Below are positions 20,254 to 29,481 of a DNA stretch of 64,000 bases, one piece after another (the stretch's first letter is position 1; each line of letters starts with the position of its first letter). Origin of the DNA: Candidatus Omnitrophota bacterium. GTDB lineage: Bacteria > Omnitrophota > Omnitrophia > Omnitrophales > Aquincolibacteriaceae. The DNA is taken from assembly GCA_030698625.1 (NCBI GenBank), contig JAUYMS010000047.1, positions 12,210 through 76,209 of the forward strand, given 5' to 3'. The position numbers and the translations under genes are program-made. The notes below the pieces were generated by a model. The model ran no database searches and was not told where the DNA came from. It saw only the letters and a program-made list of their open reading frames with translations.

Positions 20254-21965
20254 GCTCCCACGCCCTCCATGATCTTTTCCGCCGCCGGGACCTGCTCCGG
20301 AATCATGATTCCCCGCTTCTCGTAAAGAGCTTTCACTTCGTTGACCTCTCGGCGCTTCCTCTCTGAATCCCACAGCAACTCATCACCCATGACCTCGGCG
20401 CAAACCTGAAGCGCATCGTCACTTGGGTATCCCATCGTGCCCAGGCCCGTCCGCCGAAAGACCACGTCGGCCAGCTTTACGGCCATTTCGTCTCTGACTG
20501 CGTAGACAATGTCGGCCTTCGTCACACTTTTTGAGCCCGGAATAGCCTCGCCCCACGCATAGTCATGCGCGATCAGGTGCAAAACTTCCATATACAGGCT
20601 GCCGTGGCGTTCGATAAGACGCTCGATCTGATCGCGGCTCATACCCCACGCCCGTCTGGCCCTCTCCGACTCCAAATATTCATCGATATTCTGGATATCT
20701 GCTCCGATGAGCGGTGTCACCGCGCTGCGAGACGCGGACACTTTCATGCCGATTTTTCCGAACACGCGGTCAATCACCTTTTCGACGACTGCCCGGGCCG
20801 TCGTGTATTTGACCCCGACAACGCTCAGAAGGCCCTCGATGTTGTCTGTCTTCTTGTGGTCCCAAATCTGATCATTGCGATCCACCTCACCCTTAGAACA
20901 ATCGCTGCGTGAATTGCTCGCCGGCAGCAAGCCTGTATTGGCATACGAGATATCCGAGCGCTGTAAATTCAACGTCGGGTATGCGGCTTTTAAATCCGCC
21001 AGGAACCGGTCCAGGTCTTCTGCGCTCACCTCGCGGCGCTCCGGCCTGTCGCTATATTTTGAATAGTCCGTCCCGACGATGCTTCCGGTTCTGTGGGTCG
21101 TCGCAAAGTAGTATCGTTTGCCGGTTCTTTCCGGGGCGGTGCTCGGCGCCGCCAGCGCAAAGCCCGGCGTCAATCGGCGGTTGAATACGAGATTCACGGC
21201 TTGCGCATATTTGACGCGGGGACGCCGCGTGATGTACCCCAAGCTTATCAGCAGATCCTGGACCCACGGCCCTGTCGAATTAAGCACACACCGCGCGCGT
21301 ACCTTTAATTTTTTGCCCGTGATTTGATCATGGGCCTCGACACCAGTCACGCGCCGGTTGTCCATTATCAAATTAGTCGCTTCAACATAATTGACGGCTA
21401 CGGCACCCCAAAACACGGCTGTCTTGATAAACGCTAACGTGAGGCGCTCCGGTTCTATAATTTCACCGTCATACCATACGGCCGCACCCGTCTGCCCTTC
21501 TGAAACCGCGCCAACGGTTTGTGAGTACTCGCCGTTTGTCATAAAGCGATTTGACGGAATCTTTCGGCTATCGGCTTCAATACCCGCGTTCCGCTTGCGG
21601 CCCATGCGATTATGCAGTTTCAGAGCCGTCTTCACACCCGCCCTGCCTCTAAGTCCCTTGCCGAAAACGGGCATGACACATTTCAACGGCTTCACCAGAT
21701 GCGGGGCTATCCGCATCCACACCGATCTTTCTTTGATTGATGAACGAACCCGGCGCAGGTCACCGTGCTGAAAGTATCTGAGTCCGCCGTGAATGATGCG
21801 CTGTGACTCTGCGCTCATTTCGCCGCCGAAGTCTGCCTTATCAATCAATGCCACAGATAGACCTCTCGACGTAGCTTCCCATGCCGCAACCGCGCCGTAG
21901 ATTCCGCCGCCTACGATTAATAGGTCATATTCCTTTGTTGTCAGATCAGATACCGTTCGTTTCAT
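20250..21965 (-). CDS. FAD-dependent glycerol-3-phosphate dehydrogenase/oxidase-like oxidoreductase
   Basis: IVGGGIYG FAD motif, IHGGLRY, NSTGPW, GVKYTTAR, C-terminal RRTGLG. Confidence 0.85.
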   Translation of the reverse strand: MKRTVSDLTTKEYDLLIVGGGIYGAVAAWEATSRGLSVALIDKADFGGEMSAESQRIIHGGLRYFQHGDLRRVRSSIKERSVWMRIAPHLVKPLKCVMPVFGKGLRGRAGVKTALKLHNRMGRKRNAGIEADSRKIPSNRFMTNGEYSQTVGAVSEGQTGAAVWYDGEIIEPERLTLAFIKTAVFWGAVAVNYVEATNLIMDNRRVTGVEAHDQITGKKLKVRARCVLNSTGPWVQDLLISLGYITRRPRVKYAQAVNLVFNRRLTPGFALAAPSTAPERTGKRYYFATTHRTGSIVGTDYSKYSDRPERREVSAEDLDRFLADLKAAYPTLNLQRSDISYANTGLLPASNSRSDCSKGEVDRNDQIWDHKKTDNIEGLLSVVGVKYTTARAVVEKVIDRVFGKIGMKVSASRSAVTPLIGADIQNIDEYLESERARRAWGMSRDQIERLIERHGSLYMEVLHLIAHDYAWGEAIPGSKSVTKADIVYAVRDEMAVKLADVVFRRTGLGTMGYPSDDALQVCAEVMGDELLWDSERKRREVNEVKALYEKRGIMIPEQVPAAEKIMEGVGA

Positions 21966-22930
21966 TACTGTCCAATGACCTCCTCAATGCCAACGTCCTC
22001 AAAATCCCTGGTCCGTGAGTAGACAATCATTTCACCGATCAAGCCGATCGAGATAAACTGCACGCCCATAACAATCAAAAGAATGGCGAGCAGCATAATC
22101 GGCCGGTCTGCCATGCCCTCTCCGAATGCGAACCGCTCAAACACCAAGCCGACATTCATGGCAACTCCTACACCTGCCGAAAATAGCCCGACGCCTCCGA
22201 AGAATCTGAGCGGTTTTTCGTTGAAGCGCGTAATAAAAAGGAGATTGAGAATATCGAGCACCCTTCTCACATACGAAGCCGGCCCATACACCGTCACGCC
22301 CTGCGGTCTCTCCCGCCGCGAGAGCGGTATGCCCGTAACGCGAAAGCCCTTTCGCTCCGCCAGCACGGGCAGGAAACGGAAAAAGTCGCCATAAAGAGGC
22401 ACCGCATTCAATATGGAGCGCCGAAAGATTTTGAGGGTTGAGTTCAGATCGTGAACTTCGCTGCCCGTTAACTTTCGAGTGCACCAGTTAAACAGCTCAG
22501 ACTGCCACTGATTGACCTTCGGCTGACCGCGCCAGCTGCGCACCCCGTTAACAAAGTCATAACCTTCACGCATGCGCGCGATCAGTTGGCGTATGTCGTC
22601 TGCCCTGAACTGGCCGCCCGCTTCCACGATCATGACCCAGCGCCCCCGCATCGCGCCCCGCGCAGTATTCATAGAACTTGCCTTTTCGGCCTTCGGCATG
22701 AGCCTGACCACCCTGGCTTCCACTTCCGGATCCAAATCGATCTCATCACTGGGTTTCGCCAGCACCAGGAATTCATACGACAACCCTGACTCGGCCGCCA
22801 CATGATCCAGATCACGCCACAGATTCCGCAGCACACGCGGCCCGTTGGTTAAGATAATGCAAATCGTCAGGTCGATCGTCTCTGAAAACTGCTCTGACAA
22901 TGTGCCTAGCCCTCTCTCTTTAACCTGCAT
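21965..22930 (-). CDS. ArnC/DPM1-like GT2 with degenerate catalytic motifs and two C-terminal TM helices
   Basis: GYDFVNGVR, HDLNSTLK, FRFLPVLA, KPLRFFG, GLIGEMI are retained; the DDG and DxD motifs are not. Confidence 0.8.
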   Translation of the reverse strand: MQVKERGLGTLSEQFSETIDLTICIILTNGPRVLRNLWRDLDHVAAESGLSYEFLVLAKPSDEIDLDPEVEARVVRLMPKAEKASSMNTARGAMRGRWVMIVEAGGQFRADDIRQLIARMREGYDFVNGVRSWRGQPKVNQWQSELFNWCTRKLTGSEVHDLNSTLKIFRRSILNAVPLYGDFFRFLPVLAERKGFRVTGIPLSRRERPQGVTVYGPASYVRRVLDILNLLFITRFNEKPLRFFGGVGLFSAGVGVAMNVGLVFERFAFGEGMADRPIMLLAILLIVMGVQFISIGLIGEMIVYSRTRDFEDVGIEEVIGQ

Positions 22931-23810
22931 AATTTCGCTCCCGGGAAAAGTGAAATAGCCACTCCGCCATTAGCCCGCAGCTCACCAGCGTAAAAGCCCC
23001 AAAGGCGTAAAGAAACGAAGCGCCGTAATAGGTCATGCCGCCTTGCAGTGCGGTTAAGACCGCAAAAAACATGAAGGGCGCGGCGGCGAGGAAAAAATAG
23101 ATCCGCGGTTCTTCACGAAACCGCGCAAAAAGCGCCAAGGCGATGAGGTCAAGAAACACTTTGAAAGTGCGCGAGAGTCCGTACTTCGAGTTTCCGCGCA
23201 CTCGGGGCCGATGGTTCACTTCGATCTCTGCGATGCGGAAGCCCTTGAGCGACAAAAGGAAAGGGATGAAGCGATGTCTTTCTGAATAAAGCGAAATACT
23301 GCCGAGCGCACTCGCCCGATAAAGCTTCAGAGAGCAACCGGAGTCATGCAATGAGAGACCGGTGATCAAAGCTAAAATCCAGTTTGCAATACGCGACGGC
23401 AGCGTTCGCGTCAGGCTATTATCTTTACGATTCTTGCGCCAGCCGCTGACCACGTCATAGCCTTCCTGCGCCTTCGAAATCAGTTTCGGCAAATCGGCCG
23501 GATCATTCTGCCCGTCGCCGTCCATGGTAAGGATCCAATCGCCCTGCGCCTGTTTAATGCCCGCTGCCAGCGCACGGGTTTGCCCGAAATTGGTCCTTAA
23601 ACGGACGAGTTTTAGCTCCGGAGAGTGCTTTTGCAGGGATTCGAGTTCCTGCCAGGTGCGGTCCTTCGACCCGTCGTCGACGGCTATGATTTCAAACGGT
23701 ACGCCGTGGCTCCGAAGTTCTCCCAGCGAAGTCTGGATAACAGGGCGTGCGTTCTCTGCCTCATTATAGAAAGGAATGACTTGTGATATGAAATGGATTG
23801 AGTTCTTCAC
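22920..23810 (-). CDS. ArnC/DPM1-like polyprenyl-phosphate glycosyltransferase (GT2)
   Basis: IPFYNE, VDDGS, NFGQ, MDGDGQNDP, HDSGCSLK, HRFIP, SKYG. Confidence 0.9.
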   Translation of the reverse strand: MKNSIHFISQVIPFYNEAENARPVIQTSLGELRSHGVPFEIIAVDDGSKDRTWQELESLQKHSPELKLVRLRTNFGQTRALAAGIKQAQGDWILTMDGDGQNDPADLPKLISKAQEGYDVVSGWRKNRKDNSLTRTLPSRIANWILALITGLSLHDSGCSLKLYRASALGSISLYSERHRFIPFLLSLKGFRIAEIEVNHRPRVRGNSKYGLSRTFKVFLDLIALALFARFREEPRIYFFLAAAPFMFFAVLTALQGGMTYYGASFLYAFGAFTLVSCGLMAEWLFHFSRERNYAG

Positions 23811-23864
23811 GGTTACCCGAGAGGATTCGTATCATCCTCTTCCTTTCATCGCCAGATGATGGCT

Positions 23865-24671
23865 TTATTTGCTGATTTTTTCTTGTTTTTTCGAGGGCAC
23901 AGGCTCGTCTTCTTCAGCGCCCTCGCCGATAAGCCTGAGTGCCAACCGCGCGGACGATTCCGGCACCGGCATCCCGAAGGACTCTTGCACCGTTAACAAT
24001 CGAACCGCCAACCGAAAAAGCTGCCGCTCATGGATCGCAAAACCCGTTAATATCGCGGCAGCTCCAATCATCTGTAATGTTTCAAGGGTAACAACCATGT
24101 ATCCCAGGCCGACTTCGACTAATTCTAATTCCTGGTAGAGATGCAGGAACGTACGCACCAGCGAACAGCCGAAGAGAAGGACAAAACCCGGAAGGGCGAG
24201 TGTTCTGCCTTCGCGTGTATCATCAAAGGCATCGCTCATGGGCAGCATCAGGAGAAGAATAATGCCCGTCTTAAAAAGCGCGAGAGGAACTGAAAATGTT
24301 CCGACCGCATAATCGAAGGAAGTCAAGACCAGGAAAATTGCCGTAATCGACCAGGCACGAGTGTCACGCACCCGTGTTGCCAGTCTTGCCATTCGGCAGC
24401 TTACCACACTGGAAATCACCAAGAGAGCAGCGATAAACCAAGCCGCGCCTGAGCCCCCGCCGTAAATCCCTGAGGCCCATTCGGCAACTTTACTTCCGCC
24501 ATCACCGACCCAAACATAAGCACCGGCGGCCACAATGACCGACCCGACGATTCCAAGAGCCGCAAAGATCGGACTCAACGGCAAAAATTCTCCTACCGCA
24601 TCAAGCATTAAACTTTTGGATTCCCGTTTTTTCACGAGCTTTGGTTCCTTTCTTAGGGATTGGTGTGCCAA
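23865..24671 (-). CDS. Multi-pass membrane protein, divergent paralogue of 13879..14568
   Basis: Hydrophobic helices; aligned by eye to the other two paralogues. Confidence 0.7.
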   Translation of the reverse strand: MAHQSLRKEPKLVKKRESKSLMLDAVGEFLPLSPIFAALGIVGSVIVAAGAYVWVGDGGSKVAEWASGIYGGGSGAAWFIAALLVISSVVSCRMARLATRVRDTRAWSITAIFLVLTSFDYAVGTFSVPLALFKTGIILLLMLPMSDAFDDTREGRTLALPGFVLLFGCSLVRTFLHLYQELELVEVGLGYMVVTLETLQMIGAAAILTGFAIHERQLFRLAVRLLTVQESFGMPVPESSARLALRLIGEGAEEDEPVPSKKQEKISK

Positions 24672-24675
24672 TCCC

Positions 24676-25692
24676 TTACTTGGCGTTAAGCTGCTCTTCC
24701 GACTCGACTTCTGCTGCTTGTTTCTCTTTCAAAACCTTCTTAGTCCACCAGCTGTTCAATTTGTTTTCCATGCCTTCAAATCCCCAGCCGGCCTTTTTAA
24801 AATGCATCTTGGTCTGATGCTTCATGCCCGTTTTCATTCCTGCCGTGTAGTGATCGTAATAGCTCTGATAGTAGCGATAATCCCCGGAATGCATCTCCAC
24901 ATTCGTGAGGATATAGCCCAGCACCTTCGCTCCCGATTGCTTAAACAGCTGGTTCGCGTGGGAAATTACCGTCTTCGGGGTCCGGCCGACCTGAATGATA
25001 AAGACCACCCCGTCGACGTACTTCGCCATGATGCCGGGGTCGGAAACCGACATGATCGGAGGCGCATCGATGATGACATAATCAAAGTGCGCCCTAAGTT
25101 CTGCGATGAGCATCTTGAAGTTGTCTGACGACACAAGGGCCGCCGGACTCTTCATGATGTCGCCGCGAGGCATGACCGCAAGGTTCGCCCTCGAGTTCTT
25201 CACGAAGACTTCTTTTGGGTTCAGGCTCTCCGTAAGAAGATTCGAGAGTCCTCGGAGTTTTCTTCCGAACCCGAAATACTCCGCAATCTTACCGCGCCTG
25301 AGGTCCGCATCGATCAGGGCGACCTTCACGTTCGGGTCCTCGGACAGGCACATGGCGAGGTTCGTGGCAGTGACACTCTTCCCCTCACTGTGGATCGAGC
25401 TCGATACCAGGATCACCTGAGTCGCATCTTTCTGGATGCGGTTGATGAGACTCGTACGCGTCATGCGGTACTGTTCCGAAATAATGGATTCCGGAAAGTG
25501 ATAAGTCACGAGCCGCTGATCGGGCTTTGTGTTCTTCATCACTTTGATGCCGGCATCCCACGACGGGCGTTTCTCGGTAATCTCGTTAGGCAATTGAAAG
25601 GTCGGCACCTTGCCGCGTGAGCGTTTCGGAGAATCATCGGCCTCCTGGCGCTTGTCTTGGATCTTCTGTAATGCCTCAGTGAACTTGCTCAT
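24676..25692 (-). CDS. CpsD/CapB-family bacterial tyrosine kinase
   Basis: SEGKS Walker A, LIDADLRR Walker A', IIDAPP Walker B, Tyr cluster DYRYYQSYYDHY. Start set to MSKFTEAL. Confidence 0.9.
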   Translation of the reverse strand: MSKFTEALQKIQDKRQEADDSPKRSRGKVPTFQLPNEITEKRPSWDAGIKVMKNTKPDQRLVTYHFPESIISEQYRMTRTSLINRIQKDATQVILVSSSIHSEGKSVTATNLAMCLSEDPNVKVALIDADLRRGKIAEYFGFGRKLRGLSNLLTESLNPKEVFVKNSRANLAVMPRGDIMKSPAALVSSDNFKMLIAELRAHFDYVIIDAPPIMSVSDPGIMAKYVDGVVFIIQVGRTPKTVISHANQLFKQSGAKVLGYILTNVEMHSGDYRYYQSYYDHYTAGMKTGMKHQTKMHFKKAGWGFEGMENKLNSWWTKKVLKEKQAAEVESEEQLNAK

Positions 25693-26518
25693 ATGCGTCT
25701 TCTCCTTGAAATCGAATTTCATATATAGCTTCATCAATAATTTCACGGTTTATCGACTCTGATTCCCGCACAAATCCGGTTAAAAGCGCGTGGTCGCACA
25801 GCACATTGATCATGCGCGGAATTCCCTGCGAGTACTCAAAAATGCGCCCGCATACATCTTCATCAAAGAGGACACTCAGATCGCGGCCGTTCGCGTTCGC
25901 ACGGTTCAGGCGATGCTGGATATACTTTTTCGTCTCTTCAAAACTGAGCGGCGTGATGTGGTAGTGTATCGCCACGCGCTGGCGCAGCTGCTCCAGGTTG
26001 ACCGCTTCAAGCTTGCGGCGAAGTTCCGGCTGGCCGATCAAAACGATCTGGATCAGCTTCTCTTTTTCGGTCTCGAGATTGGAAAGCATTCGCACCTCTT
26101 CCAAACAGGCCGGACTCAGGTTCTGGGCTTCGTCGATGATGAGCACCACGTTGTGACCTTCGAGGACCTGCTGCACCAAATATTTGTTCAGCTGGATAAG
26201 GAGCCTGTCTTTGGAACCGTCCCTGTAGGCGACCCCAAGGTCCTCCAGAATCATGGTGATAATCCCCTTCGGGCTTAAGTGTGTATTTGTGATCACGGCG
26301 GTCTTAATCTTCCCACTCAAATTACGCAGGAGCGTGCGCGTGACCGTGGTCTTGCCGCACCCGATCGGCCCCGTCACCACAACAAATCCTTTACGCTGTT
26401 TGATCGCATAGGTCAGCGCATCAAGCGCAGACTGATGCTGCTCCGACGGATAGAAGAAATCCGAATCCGGCGTAATGGTGAAGGGATTTTCTTTAAAACC
26501 ATAGAATCGCTTATACAC
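25676..26518 (-). CDS. ExeA/GspA-like AAA ATPase of the type associated with EPS/PEP-CTERM loci
   Basis: MYxxFYGFKENPF, GPIGCGKTT, IIDEAQNL, LIGQPEL, GIPRMIN. Confidence 0.9.
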   Translation of the reverse strand: MYKRFYGFKENPFTITPDSDFFYPSEQHQSALDALTYAIKQRKGFVVVTGPIGCGKTTVTRTLLRNLSGKIKTAVITNTHLSPKGIITMILEDLGVAYRDGSKDRLLIQLNKYLVQQVLEGHNVVLIIDEAQNLSPACLEEVRMLSNLETEKEKLIQIVLIGQPELRRKLEAVNLEQLRQRVAIHYHITPLSFEETKKYIQHRLNRANANGRDLSVLFDEDVCGRIFEYSQGIPRMINVLCDHALLTGFVRESESINREIIDEAIYEIRFQGEDAYEQVH

Positions 26519-27725
26519 TGAGTTCGGCCCTCATCCTTTCGCCCAGGAGCAGTTCTTCCGGCTTAATCGTCGCAATCGCGCCGAATATCGGAAGCTCCAG
26601 CAGCTGCCTGGCCTCTTCCACGGTTCGTATTGAATTATTAGACATTTCGATCAAGAAAACGAGTCCGGCGCCGAGACCGAAGCCCAGAACCAAACCCATA
26701 ATTACGATAAGCGGCTTATTCGGCTTATAAGGCTCGAGCGGCAAACGGGCCGGCTCCAACACCTTGAAACGCATCCCCTTGTCGGCATCTTCCAGGGTTT
26801 GCGAGAGTTTCGCCGTTTCGAGACGTTCCAACAGCCGCTGATAAATCCCCGCGTTCACACTGTAGTCGCGATGAAGCTTAGCAAGCTGCTGCTCCTGCAA
26901 GGGAACACTCGAGATGAGTCTTGCATAATCTTCGGGAGTGATTTCTACGCCCAGATCGCGCATTTGATCCATCTGTTCATTACGGCGCAATTCCAGCCTC
27001 TTGATCAGACTGCGCGTCTCGATAACCCGGGGATGCTTCTCGGTGTTATCCACCAGCAGATTGTTGAGCTGAATCTTTAGGTCCACTAACTGCTGGTTCA
27101 TTCCGGTCGCAACCGGCAGTGTGTAATTATAGATTTCTCTGAATTCACGCAGAGTCGTTTCGGATGCCTCGAGCTTTGCGCGATATTCCTCGAGCTGATT
27201 TTCGATAAACTGAATTGCGCTATTGGTCTCCATATTGGTCGAAGTGATACTTCCTTCAACCACGATGTCGGAGAGCGTCTGAACGACTTCCTGCACCTTC
27301 TTCGGGATCTGCCCTTCAAAGGTCAGAAGGACCAGGTCGCCGCCTCTCAAATTGATCGATATCTTATCCCTAAGATTCTTGATTAACTTCTCATAAGCAA
27401 TCGGATTGTTTGCATTGACATCCAATTTCATCTTCTCTGCGAGCAATGTCAGGCGGGGCCACGACATCAGCTGATCCCTCAGGGTGCGCAGGCGCTCGCG
27501 TGAGGCCGGCGTGATGGCTAGGCCTGCGATCAAGGGATTCAGGATTTGTTCGGTCTCAATTAAGAGCACTGTCTGTGCCCGGTAGACCTTCGGCATTGCT
27601 ATCGCAATCGAGGCAGCAATGACCATCGCGGCAAGAGTGGTGATAAGAAGCACGAACTTGTGCCGCATCATCATATAGTAGTATTCGCGTATCCTAAATC
27701 CTTGTGTCATATTTTCTATGGCCAT
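26511..27725 (-). CDS. Polysaccharide co-polymerase/chain-length determinant (Wzz/GumC; Wzc N-terminal part)
   Basis: Two TM helices around a coiled-coil; YRAQT, TEKHPRV and EPARLP...KP motifs. Confidence 0.9.
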   Translation of the reverse strand: MAIENMTQGFRIREYYYMMMRHKFVLLITTLAAMVIAASIAIAMPKVYRAQTVLLIETEQILNPLIAGLAITPASRERLRTLRDQLMSWPRLTLLAEKMKLDVNANNPIAYEKLIKNLRDKISINLRGGDLVLLTFEGQIPKKVQEVVQTLSDIVVEGSITSTNMETNSAIQFIENQLEEYRAKLEASETTLREFREIYNYTLPVATGMNQQLVDLKIQLNNLLVDNTEKHPRVIETRSLIKRLELRRNEQMDQMRDLGVEITPEDYARLISSVPLQEQQLAKLHRDYSVNAGIYQRLLERLETAKLSQTLEDADKGMRFKVLEPARLPLEPYKPNKPLIVIMGLVLGFGLGAGLVFLIEMSNNSIRTVEEARQLLELPIFGAIATIKPEELLLGERMRAELSV

Positions 27726-27909
27726 GAGTTCTAAATTCCTCCGAAAGAGTATTTTTTAAGGCTCGATAACATCCCAGATATTGAGAATCACCCGTACCAC
27801 TAGGCGGCCGCCCATCACAATCAAGGGCCAAAAAAACATCGTGTGCCCCAATGCCCTATTGCTGATTTTTAGCCATCTGTGCTTCTGCATTAAAGACCGG
27901 CCTTTTATT

Positions 27910-28920
27910 TTAGTTATTATTATTACCGGCATTGCGGAAGTAGCCGCCTTCGCTCGCCGCATTTCCCCAGCCTAGCTCATAGACTGAGGCCGCTTGAAAT
28001 AGCGGGCCCGTAATGCGCGAGAACGCGTTGACAAACTTGTCGAAATAGCGCTGTTTCACGAGAATGGTGTCGCCCGGCTCCAAGAAGAAGTCCTCGGCCG
28101 AGTCACCTTTCTCGAGGAGTTTCGAGAGGTCAATTTTTTTCTCCGACGCATTCCCGCTATCGGTAAATTCCGACGGACGAATTACGTAAACCCGCTTCAG
28201 CGAGCCGTCTGCGCGGATGAGCCCTGCAGCCACCACGGCTTCTTTAACCGTGATATTGTCGCCTTTCATCGCGTATTTACCGGGACGGCTGACATACCCA
28301 AATACATAGACAGCCTTGCTGCGGTATTCTGAGATCATGACGGCTACTTCGGGATAACGGACATACTCGCGAAGCCGCTCTACCAATTCGGCTTTTAGCT
28401 GTTCCTTGGTCTTGCCGACTGCCTTCACGTCACCTACGAAGTTGTACTGCACATTGCCCTCCGGATCGATAACGAACCGCCCGGAGAAGTCAGGCTGATT
28501 TCTGACGATGATGGTGACAACGTCGTCTATGCCCAGCGTATAATCGGATCCTTCACCAATGATTTCGATGTATGGAGAATAATGCGAATAGGGAGAAACC
28601 TCGGAGGCGAAGTAAGGATCCTGGCCTTGCTGCGGCGCTCCCGCCTGCCCCATTCCGGGAGATCCCGCATACTGAACGGGAGCCGGGCCCTGAGAGTAAG
28701 GTGAGGTCATAAAGCTAGCATAGGGAGAAAATTGCGTTTCATAATTCGTGCCGTATTGCACTTGCACGGCAGAGGTCTGCCCCGGCTGTGCATTTGATGG
28801 CCCCATATCCTGGCTATTTCCCTGATAGGACAAGGGCGGGGCAAAAGCCTTGGGCGTAAATACGCAGATCGCCAGTGCGATCAAAAGGGCTTGTTTGGTT
28901 AAATGATGATATTTAGTCAT
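27910..28920 (-). CDS. wza: Polysaccharide export protein (Wza/OPX)
   Basis: YTLGIDDVVTI...IDPEGNV...VGDVKAVGKT export domain, VYVFGYVSRPG SLBB, LEPGDTI; signal peptide. Confidence 0.88.
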   Translation of the reverse strand: MTKYHHLTKQALLIALAICVFTPKAFAPPLSYQGNSQDMGPSNAQPGQTSAVQVQYGTNYETQFSPYASFMTSPYSQGPAPVQYAGSPGMGQAGAPQQGQDPYFASEVSPYSHYSPYIEIIGEGSDYTLGIDDVVTIIVRNQPDFSGRFVIDPEGNVQYNFVGDVKAVGKTKEQLKAELVERLREYVRYPEVAVMISEYRSKAVYVFGYVSRPGKYAMKGDNITVKEAVVAAGLIRADGSLKRVYVIRPSEFTDSGNASEKKIDLSKLLEKGDSAEDFFLEPGDTILVKQRYFDKFVNAFSRITGPLFQAASVYELGWGNAASEGGYFRNAGNNNN

Positions 28921-28961
28921 TACGTTAGTAACCTCGCTTGAATTATTTTTTTAAATCTCTT

Positions 28962-29150
28962 TTAAATCTCATAGACCGACTCGACGACACGCTTGATCGC
29001 CGCAAAATCATCTTCCATGTACACGCGCCAGCCTTTCCAATCGCGCTTGGGCTTCCGGATTTTCCCGGCCTTTTCCCAGCGCACGATGGTTTTAGGGGTA
29101 ACGCCAACTTTTTCCGCTACTTCCGTGATTGTGAGTCTTCCGTTCAACAC
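28962..29150 (-). CDS. Small MerR-type/excisionase-like HTH DNA-binding protein
   Basis: LTITEVAEKVGVTPKTIVRWEKAG...RVY; GGAGG RBS before the GTG at 29150. Confidence 0.85.
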   Translation of the reverse strand: MLNGRLTITEVAEKVGVTPKTIVRWEKAGKIRKPKRDWKGWRVYMEDDFAAIKRVVESVYEI

Positions 29151-29226
29151 TGGACCTCCCAAGTTATAAAAAGTTGAAACTTAAGTATATAGACTTTCCC
29201 ACTATGTCCGGGAAGGTCCTGGTAAT

Positions 29227-29243
29227 TACACGAATCGTGCCAA
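29227..29243 (-). promoter_or_regulatory. Putative sigma-54 promoter for the EPS locus
   Basis: TTGGCACGATTCGTGTA: perfect -24 box, imperfect -12 box (GTGTA vs TTGCA). Confidence 0.5.
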
Positions 29244-29481
29244 CTTTCCGTGAGGAGCAGTTATAGACTCACCTGGGGGGAATATTAGCGGGATGCTATC
29301 GATTGCGTGTTAGGGAAATCGGACTTAACGAACTTCGTGTACGTTGCAAGAATGACCATATGTCTATTTCTTTGAACGTAAACATTTGGATTGGCCTTTA
29401 ATACGATTGTCTGTAAGGACTTAAGGGTGCGTCGATTTATATGAACGCTATGTGGTACACGTTCATCTTTATTTTAGACGC

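Noticed and set aside
27756-27962. Small ORF between wza and wzz
   Set aside because: Weak RBS and no motif; cannot be supported without a homology search.
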